Position numbers and translations under genes: made by a program
Part shown: positions 33,130 through 39,628 of the stretch, piece after piece
How the letters are laid out: every line of letters begins with the position of its first letter
Numbering within the stretch: position 1 is the first letter of the stretch
Assembly (NCBI GenBank): GCA_963787125.1
Contig: CAWBBV010000012.1
Coordinates: 1-64,000 of the forward strand
DNA: 64,000 bases
Source of the DNA: an uncultured delta proteobacterium
GTDB taxonomy: Bacteria > Desulfobacterota > Desulfuromonadia > Geobacterales > DSM-12255
Direction: 5' to 3'
Notes under the pieces: generated by a model
The model's database searches: none
What the model saw: only the letters and a program-made list of their open reading frames with translations
What the model was told of the DNA's origin: nothing

Positions 33130-33203
33130 CAGAGGGGTTTACCCTAAAACTCGAGACAATGGATAAAGTGCGATGGTTCAACCAGGCAGAAGCACCGGCC
33201 TGA
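33130..33203 (+). repeat. Repeat copy A: upstream motif plus left half of an attC
   Basis: ACTCGAGACAA...ATAAAG...GGTTCAACCAGGCAGAAGCA(C/G)CGGCCT shared with 34456-34528. Confidence 0.75.
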
Positions 33204-33340
33204 ACGTGTGTCAGGCTTTTGATTCAGCAGTCGCAGTATTGAAGGAATGACCTATGTCTACCATCAGCCTAGGCCGTCATACGGGAAAGATCTTAACATG
33301 GTTCTTGCCGTGAACCGATAAAGAGGAATGGTGAAGTTTC

Positions 33341-34091
33341 ATGAACAAAGGGCTTCTGATAGAAGACGGTTGGTGTAAACACCTTCCACTCCTCCACAGG
33401 ATTATAGCCGATCCAGCACAACGTGATGCGTTTCCAGTTCTTGCCGAGAATTGCGAACTTAACGAAGCATGCGCCTACTGGGAAACTCTGTACTACTTTT
33501 TTACAGCTTTACTTGGATGGCAGTGCTTGAATAAAGGGCTTGCCTGGTTATACACGATTGGAAATAACGATATTAATGAACCGCTATTACGGTTTGTAAA
33601 ATCAATATGGAATGGCGACGACCAACTGGATTATTTTGCTGCATGGGCCTGGACACAAGTCTATTACAGTACTCCTGACGACATTTCCCCTGCGGCTATC
33701 TGCACCGAAGCAGCATATGGAAATGAGAACTGGTGGCGTACTTTCAAGCGCAAAGGCCTCCGCTACGCAAACGACCCATTTTACGGAGGGACGAATCCAT
33801 TGCATCTTGGACATAGCGAATCATTCGGACGCTATGACGTTGCAACCGGGAGTCCTGCATTGTATTCTGACCTAAAAAAACACAAGGCTGTTGTGATTGC
33901 AGATCATTTTACAACTTGGCGGAGCGATTTGGAGATATTGGGCGCAACACTACCTCCCATTGGTGAACGTTCTTGGCATGTTGAGGTTTTCGATCGGCAG
34001 GTTGGGTACTTGGGGCTATTTATTTAGGCAAAGCCGGGATACTGGATTGTGGTTTATGGGTAAACACAGCCTGCATATGCGGGGTAATTGA
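33341..34091 (+). pseudogene. Cassette 4: hypothetical protein with a 4-bp duplication frameshift near its 3' end
   Basis: CTATTTATTTAGG at about 34016-34028. Removing one ATTT joins GYLGLF to RQSRDTGLWFMGKHSLHMRGN (frame of ORF 33897..34091). Confidence 0.6.
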
Positions 34092-34170
34092 GATTCGCAA
34101 TATGACAGTCTGAAGTGCATGCTGATTTTGAGAAACGATAAAACCAGAAATTTAGAATACGGAGAACAGC

Positions 34171-34473
34171 ATGAGCGAAATAGAAAGAGCACTCTCGGAA
34201 CTGGAAAATGATAACGCAAGACTCAGGCAAATATTCGCACAAAAACTGCGCTTGAATCAGACTATCATTCCTAACGCAGAAACTATATTCAAAGAACAAG
34301 AAGAGCTGCTATACAAAGGAAATAGTATATACAAAAACATGCTGAAATATGGATTAAACGACAACCTTCAACTTGATGTTCTCACAAAAGAAGCGGTGAG
34401 ACTCCGACAAGCGATAACATCAATAAACAAAGAATTACGCCGCGTTAAGGAGAGCCAGAGGTTCTGCCCTTGA
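34171..34473 (+). CDS. Cassette 5: small coiled-coil hypothetical protein
   Basis: GGAGA RBS, heptad pattern, followed by an attC. Confidence 0.6.
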   Translation: MSEIERALSELENDNARLRQIFAQKLRLNQTIIPNAETIFKEQEELLYKGNSIYKNMLKYGLNDNLQLDVLTKEAVRLRQAITSINKELRRVKESQRFCP

Positions 34474-34498
34474 CTCGAGACAAAATAAAGAGCCGAGG

Positions 34499-34555
34499 GT
34501 TCAACCAGGCAGAAGCAGCGGCCTAAACCGCCGCTGTTCTCCCGAGCCGTGTGGG
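34499..34555 (+). other. attC site with degenerate R'
   Basis: R'' GTTCAAC; AGAAGCAGCGGC pairs with GCCGCTGTTCT leaving a bulged G; R' reads GTGTGGG instead of GTT. Confidence 0.7.
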
Positions 34556-34630
34556 AGGAGCCGAGGGGACATTCTATAGTCCACCTGTCAACTGAAAATA
34601 TCGCTCTTTTAAAATCAAATAGTTAGTCAT

Positions 34631-34880
34631 CCTTGCGGATTGCGGGCGCAGCTATCCCTTGCTTTGGTGAAATGGCGAGTCTCTCACTTACGGCAAACCT
34701 TGAGCTTAATCGTTACTTGTATCCGACATCCCCCGCCCGCATCGGGAACTGGGTTGTCTATCATTCCTTATCAAAGCTCCAAGATTTTAGTGAGATGCCC
34801 GGTATTGTCCCTCCCGAGGTCATTGCTGCCTCTACGTTGTTAAACGGGCTTATCTCGCCTACTGCCTGCCTCTAGGGTGG
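34631..34880 (-). ncRNA. Candidate IS110 bridge/seek RNA region downstream of the transposase
   Basis: 250-nt non-coding segment inside the IS carrying short matches to the flanking target (ACGTTGTT 34834-34841, GTCAT 34819-34823) and to the IS end. Structure not computed. Confidence 0.45.
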
Positions 34881-36170
34881 TTATCCCGTGAAGCAGGAAG
34901 GATTAAATGGTTCTCTCTTCTTCATAAGTGTCCAGGCCACAACCAAAAGCTTTGCCGCCAGCTTGACTTTCATCTTCAGGTTGATGCCGCGCTCAAGCTC
35001 GCGACCTCTGATTAATTTGCTAAAGTAAGTCCTGATAACCGGATTCGCTGTGGAGGCAACCATTGCCGCTTGCACCAGGGCGTAACGCAGTGCCGCTTTC
35101 CCTTGCTTGGAGATCACCGGCTTGGCACTGTTGCTGTTCTTGCCGCTCCGCTCGGCACTTAAGTCCAGTCCGGCCAGACGCACTACCTGTCCCTGATTCT
35201 GAAACCGGACAGGATTGCCGATGGCGGCAAGAACCATGGCCGAAATAATCGGACCGAATCCGGGAATAGACAGAAGGCACTCATATTCAGAAAACTGCTT
35301 TGCTGCTTTTGCCATCAACTGCTCATTACCCTTGACCGTTTCACGAATCGACTTCAGCTGGCAGACGAGACTCTTGGCCTCCCATCTGGCGGCGTCATGA
35401 ACAAGGCAACCAACGGACTCTCCGGCAGTCTCCCAAAGCTCGCGCAGACGTCTTTCCTGTTCTATCCTGATCTTGCGTTTTGTAATGAGCTTCAGGAAGG
35501 CGTCGAACTCCATCCCGGCAATTTCCCTCGGGTCCAGACAATGTTCGGCAATTGAAAGAATCAGGTCGTCCGGTTGCCCTGCTTTGATGTAGAGCTGGTC
35601 CAATTCGGGAAAGAACTGGGCAAGAACATTATTTCTCAGCCGCATTTTCAGTGCGTGCTCTTCCTTCTTCAGCCTGATCCTGAAACCAATCAGGCTGCGT
35701 AATTCACGCAGGTTCTCTTGCGGTAGCTCATAGAAGAGGCAGCGGCTCTGGCCCACCAGATCGGCAACATTGGCGGCATCCTTCTTGTCGTTCTTGTCCC
35801 AACGGCCATCCAGTAGCGCTCGATTCTTTGCCACGGCCACATTGGATACATAGACAACCTGCTCCTTCTGTCGCAGCAGATATTCGGCTAAGGGCTTGTG
35901 GTAGGAGGCTGTAGGCTCAAGTCCATACACAACCTCGACCAGGCCATGTTGATTCTTGAGATCTCCGGCTAAACTGCGCAGATTCTCGAATCCTTGTAAG
36001 CTGTTGTCAAAGATCATGTTCTTGCGTAGCGTTCTGCCATTGGGTGTTCCAAAGAAAGCATGGTGCTTGTTCTTGGCAACATCGATGCCGACTAGCAGAT
36101 GTTTTTCCGAGCCCCTGACTGATGCCTTCATCTGTCTGAACAACGCCAGACTATCCGTTACAGCTTCCAT
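34881..36170 (-). CDS. IS110-family DEDD transposase/recombinase
   Basis: GIDVAK, LEPT, KNDKKDA (DEDD); SIPGFG and RSGK...ISKQG in the C-terminal domain. Confidence 0.95.
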   Translation of the reverse strand: MEAVTDSLALFRQMKASVRGSEKHLLVGIDVAKNKHHAFFGTPNGRTLRKNMIFDNSLQGFENLRSLAGDLKNQHGLVEVVYGLEPTASYHKPLAEYLLRQKEQVVYVSNVAVAKNRALLDGRWDKNDKKDAANVADLVGQSRCLFYELPQENLRELRSLIGFRIRLKKEEHALKMRLRNNVLAQFFPELDQLYIKAGQPDDLILSIAEHCLDPREIAGMEFDAFLKLITKRKIRIEQERRLRELWETAGESVGCLVHDAARWEAKSLVCQLKSIRETVKGNEQLMAKAAKQFSEYECLLSIPGFGPIISAMVLAAIGNPVRFQNQGQVVRLAGLDLSAERSGKNSNSAKPVISKQGKAALRYALVQAAMVASTANPVIRTYFSKLIRGRELERGINLKMKVKLAAKLLVVAWTLMKKREPFNPSCFTG

Positions 36171-36346
36171 TCTGTCCTCCTGGTATGTTGAATAAATGGC
36201 TATTCAATAACAGGCTGACAATAGAACTACAAGACTGGTAACTTATTATTTTATCTATAATTTCCGGGGAAAAATCTGTAGCTCTCAGTCATATATAACG
36301 TTGTTGATCAGTTGATTAACTCGGTACTTAGTTGACTAATCAACAA

Positions 36347-36508
36347 CGTCCCCTTAAGGTTCCCTCGTCCCCTTAAGGTTCCCTCGTCCCCTTAAGGTTC
36401 CCTCGTCCCCTTAAGGTTCCCTCGTCCCCTTAAGGTTCCCTCGTCCCCTTAAGGTTCCCTCGTCCCCTTAAGGTTCCCTCGTCCCCTTAAGGTTCCCTTA
36501 AGGTTCCT
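36347..36508 (+). repeat. Perfect tandem repeat: 8 x 19 bp CGTCCCCTTAAGGTTCCCT plus a partial unit
   Basis: Units start at 36347, 36366 ... 36480; no spacers. Confidence 0.95.
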
Positions 36509-36691
36509 CAAAGGGAAGCCAATAAGGCTGGAGTGGCATTACTCTTTGGATTCATAGGAATCGTTGTAATTGGTCTTGCCTTTGAGATTCAGAATAAACT
36601 GGCGCTATTTGTAATTGCATGGATTTTGGTGTTCATTGGATATTTCGGTATTGCCAATCGGCTCTTCAAAAATGACAGGAAACGGCCATGA
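36509..36691 (+). pseudogene. 5'-truncated two-TM membrane-protein cassette remnant
   Basis: Open frame QREANKAGVALLFGFIGIVVIGLAFEIQNKLALFVIAWILVFIGYFGIANRLFKNDRKRP* begins at the tandem repeat with no RBS or ATG. Confidence 0.55.
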
Positions 36692-36704
36692 ATTTTGATA
36701 AATT

Positions 36705-36959
36705 TCAATAATGATCACGACACTATGCAATCAAGAGAGTATCACCTTCAACTGCATATACCAAGCGGTGGCAGCTATCGATCCTTCGAGACCAGAAACC
36801 GGCAAGCTGGTGCTTGAGCGGTTCGGGTTTACCTATACCGGCAAACGGTTCACGCTGAATATCCCGAATAAGAATATTTATGCGTTTGAGCATTGCCTTG
36901 TCAGTCGTCTGCCAGTAGAGGTAGTCTTCCCATGCTGCAGTTGAGAACTTGATCATCAT
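36705..36959 (-). pseudogene. yoeB: Txe/YoeB-family toxin with a premature TAG before the C-terminal catalytic tail
   Basis: AWEDYLYW...GIGKPEPLKH...WSRRI...HRLVY; reads LLIA-TAG-CRDHY-TGA. Confidence 0.85.
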
Positions 36960-37207
36960 ACCATCAGCTCTCTAACTTGGCCGCCTCCCGCACGTAGCTC
37001 CTCGACCGAATCGAGCAGCCGCTTGGCCCCTTGCGGATTCCGAAGCAAGTATGCGGTTTCTTCAAAGGCTTGGTAATCGTCAAGAGAAAGGATGACAACC
37101 GGCTTGCCACGCTGGCTGGTTACTACCACAGGATTATGGTCATCATTGACTGATCGCATAACATCTGCCAAGTGCTGTCGTGTGTAAGTATAAGTTAGTG
37201 CATTCAT
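36956..37207 (-). CDS. yefM: Phd/YefM-family antitoxin
   Basis: TYTYTRQHLA...PVVV...VILSLDDY...EETAYLLRNP; 4-nt overlap with the toxin; AGGAG RBS. Confidence 0.92.
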   Translation of the reverse strand: MNALTYTYTRQHLADVMRSVNDDHNPVVVTSQRGKPVVILSLDDYQAFEETAYLLRNPQGAKRLLDSVEELRAGGGQVRELMV

Positions 37208-37235
37208 AGTTATCATCTCCTACGCGAATTAAGTA

Positions 37236-37253
37236 TGTACATAACTTAGTACA
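37236..37253. promoter_or_regulatory. YefM-YoeB operator-like tandem TGTACA cores
   Basis: TGTACA at 37236 and AGTACA at 37248, 12 bp apart, upstream of the antitoxin. Confidence 0.6.
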
Positions 37254-37322
37254 ATGAAGTTCAAAAATCAAGAGTTGAAAATGGAATGGTTCTTCCTGAG
37301 TGCGAGTAAGAGATAATTCGAT

Positions 37323-37380
37323 TTCCAACCAAGAAAATGCACCCGACCAAAAGACCGTCAGGTGATTTTCCCAGCCGTTA
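37323..37380 (+). other. attC site of the TA cassette, with R' split by the intron (GTTA|GCT)
   Basis: R'' TTCCAAC; AAAATGCACC pairs with GGTGATTTT leaving a bulged G; GTTA at 37377-37380 and GCT at 39426-39428. Confidence 0.8.
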
Positions 37381-39425
37381 TCGCGCCAAGCAAAGCTTGG
37401 CGTATCTTGCAGGGTGAAAGTCCCTGTCGGGAAAGGGTTAGCCACCCACCCGTATCGAGTCTTGCGCCTGTGGCGGAGTCGTGAAGGTAGCGGCGAACAA
37501 GACAGGTGAAGCGTAGACAGAGAATCCTGTAGGCCGTAGGGGGGACCGCGCCCCCTGAAGTGCTGGCACAGCTTCGAAATAGGGTTATTGCGGATGCCGA
37601 GGGTCTTAACGGTCACCGAAGGCAACACAAGATCATCCGAAATGGCAAGGATGAGAAGATCCGCCGGAGTCCACAGGCCGTGGCATGCAGGAAGAGATAC
37701 GTCAGGAACTTGGGAAGCCCCATAGACTCCTGCCGGAAGGAAGGTTGCAGCAAGGTATACGGATATTGAGGCACGTACCGGGGAAACCCTGAAACACGCT
37801 AGGCCGGAACCTGAAGAGCAACACGGAAACCCGGAACAGGGAGGCGAGGTATAACCGTGAAAGGGGAAGCCCGCCGGATGCCTATGGGGTGTCTTATCAG
37901 GCATAGTACTCTGAGCGTGGGAAAGCCACGTACACGCCTGCTGATGCAGGCATGGGGAAGGACCTGACGGAAGTACGCAGCCCGCAAAGGAAACTTATGC
38001 CGGACACTGTCGGACTGGAACAACATAAGCAAACCTCACTGCGGGGAATAGCAGAGAAGGCGAAAGCAGACAAGCAACACCGCTTTCAGAATCTTTACCG
38101 GGAACTGAACGCCGGATTCCTGCTCACCTGCTGGCCCGATCTGAACAAGAACGCAGCCAGCGGAGTAGACAAGGTAACGGCGGAAGAATATGCGAAAGAC
38201 TTGCATAACAGCATTCAGAAACTGGCTGAGCGACTGAAAGAAAAGAAGTACCGGACGAAACTGGTAAGGCGGTGCTGGATTCCCAAGGAAAACGGGAAAG
38301 AAAGGCCGCTGGGGATACCGGCGCTGGAAGACAAACTCGTGCAGCTGGCGTGTGCAAAGCTGCTGACTGCCATCTATGAGCAGGACTTTCTGGATAGCAG
38401 TTATGGCTATCGGCCCGAACGATGTGCGAAGCATGCGGTCCAAGACCTCACCTTTGACCTTCAGTACGGGAGCTATGGCTACATCGTCGAAGCCGATGTT
38501 AAAGGCTTCTTTGACCACATGGACCATGACTGGCTGCTTAAGATGCTGAGTTTGCGGATAGACGACCGGGCATTCCTCAACTTGATTCGAAAATGGCTGA
38601 AAGCCGGCATACTGGAAACAGATGGCACTATTACCAATCCGAACACCGGCACCCCTCAAGGGGGGATTATCTCACCGGTCCTGGCCAACGTGTATCTGCA
38701 CTTTGCTCTGGATCTATGGTTTGAAAAGGTTGTCAAACCCAAGTGCAAAGGCGATGCGCGTATTTGCCGCTATGCCGATGACTGGGTGTGCGCCTTTCAA
38801 CTGCGAGACGAAGCAGAGCGGTTTTACCGGGAACTGCCGAAGAGGCTAAAGAAGTTTCACCTCGAAACAGCCCCCGAGAAAACCAAAATACTGCGGTTCA
38901 GTCGTTTTCATCCGGGCATGGAGCGACGATTCACTTTTCTTGGCTTTGAATTCTTTTGGATGAGAGACCGGGAAGGAGAACCACGCGTCAAGCGCCGCAC
39001 CTCTCGCAAGAAGCTGCAAGGGGCGTGTAAACGGATAAAAGCATGGATCAAGTCGAACCGGCATCTGCCGGGCGGTGAATTCTTCAAAGGATTGAATGCA
39101 CGGTTGGTGGGCCACTACAATTACTATGGAGTGAGAGGAAACTTCTGGTCGCTGAAAGACTTCTTCAAGACAGTAAGAGAGTCAGCATACAAATGGCTCA
39201 ATCGGAGAGGTGGGAAGCGCAAGAGTTTCACCTGGGAGAAGTTTGACCAGATTCTCGAACGGGTAAAGATAGCTTGGCCACGCATAACCGAAGTCAGCCG
39301 ACGAAGATACGCTTGAAAGCACGCGCTTCACGCGGAAGCGAGTACAACCGAGGAACCGGATGCGGGAAAACCGCACGTCCGGGACTGTGCGGGGGGTGCC
39401 GGGTAACCGGCATTCCTACCGCGGA
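37381..39425 (+). mobile_element. Group II intron (ribozyme plus RT/maturase ORF) inserted in the attC top strand
   Basis: DI-like GCAGGGTGAAAGTCCCTG; EBS1 loop at 37607-37613; DV at 39353-39385; DVI with bulged A at 39418. Confidence 0.9.
37952..39316 (+). CDS. ltrA: Group II intron reverse transcriptase/maturase, no endonuclease domain (true start may be downstream)
   Basis: RPLGIPALEDK, SYGYRP, GTPQGGIISP, RYADD, FLGF; X domain GHYNYY...WLNRR. Confidence 0.93.
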   Translation: MGKDLTEVRSPQRKLMPDTVGLEQHKQTSLRGIAEKAKADKQHRFQNLYRELNAGFLLTCWPDLNKNAASGVDKVTAEEYAKDLHNSIQKLAERLKEKKYRTKLVRRCWIPKENGKERPLGIPALEDKLVQLACAKLLTAIYEQDFLDSSYGYRPERCAKHAVQDLTFDLQYGSYGYIVEADVKGFFDHMDHDWLLKMLSLRIDDRAFLNLIRKWLKAGILETDGTITNPNTGTPQGGIISPVLANVYLHFALDLWFEKVVKPKCKGDARICRYADDWVCAFQLRDEAERFYRELPKRLKKFHLETAPEKTKILRFSRFHPGMERRFTFLGFEFFWMRDREGEPRVKRRTSRKKLQGACKRIKAWIKSNRHLPGGEFFKGLNARLVGHYNYYGVRGNFWSLKDFFKTVRESAYKWLNRRGGKRKSFTWEKFDQILERVKIAWPRITEVSRRRYA

Positions 39426-39450
39426 GCTGACCAATTATAAGGGAACTTTT

Positions 39451-39560
39451 GGGGACATTCTTTGCTGGTTTGCCAGTGATTTTTTTAATATAATCAATGC
39501 TTGGTCTTACTATCGTATTACGGCTACTTGGTTGGCGTAAATCAACCAACAAATGTCCCG
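39451..39560. mobile_element. GGGGAC-ended non-coding element, copy 2 (about 110 bp)
   Basis: GGGGACATT...AATGTCCCG inverted ends; subterminal hairpin TTGGTTGG/TCAACCAA; similar to copy 1. Confidence 0.6.
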
Positions 39561-39628
39561 TATGTCTCTCGCCGTATTTTTATCTGACAGCCATTAAACT
39601 CATTTTGTGAATCATCCTGGAGAGTTAT

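Larger units (their letters stand above)
34631..36292 (-). mobile_element. IS110-family insertion sequence
   Basis: Transposase plus non-coding ends; AGTCAT present at both junctions (34625-34630 and 36287-36292); no long terminal IR. Confidence 0.75.
34565..36353. mobile_element. GGGGAC...GTCCCC-ended non-coding element (about 127 bp once the IS110 is removed), copy 1
   Basis: Left part 34565-34630, right part 36293-36353. Shares GGGGACATTCT and the right-end motif with 39451-39560. Exact IHF consensus at 34613-34625. Confidence 0.6.
31474..39428 (+). mobile_element. Integron gene-cassette array with no integrase in the window (CALIN-like), partly decayed
   Basis: Several RYYYAAC...GTT hairpins with an extrahelical G, complementary core pairs bracketing cassettes, short co-oriented orphan ORFs and an inverted TA cassette. 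Confidence 0.8.

Noticed and set aside
33255..33282. Additional attC (GTCTACC...GCCGTCATAC)
   Set aside because: Both cores are mismatched and there is no stem; too degenerate to call.
34633..34875. Small ORFs in the IS110 downstream region
   Set aside because: No RBS or motifs; better explained as the non-coding end of the IS.
36347..36508. CRISPR array
   Set aside because: Units are contiguous and identical with no spacers; no cas genes in the window.
36723..36725. Pyrrolysine or programmed readthrough of the yoeB TAG
   Set aside because: No pyl genes in the window; a CAG-to-TAG nonsense change is simpler.
37143..37904. 253-aa minus-strand ORF
   Set aside because: Antisense to the structured intron RNA, crosses the attC and insertion junction, and has no protein-like motifs.
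37952..39316. Retron, DGR or CRISPR-associated reverse transcriptase
   Set aside because: It has a maturase X domain and sits inside recognisable group II DI, DV and DVI structures.
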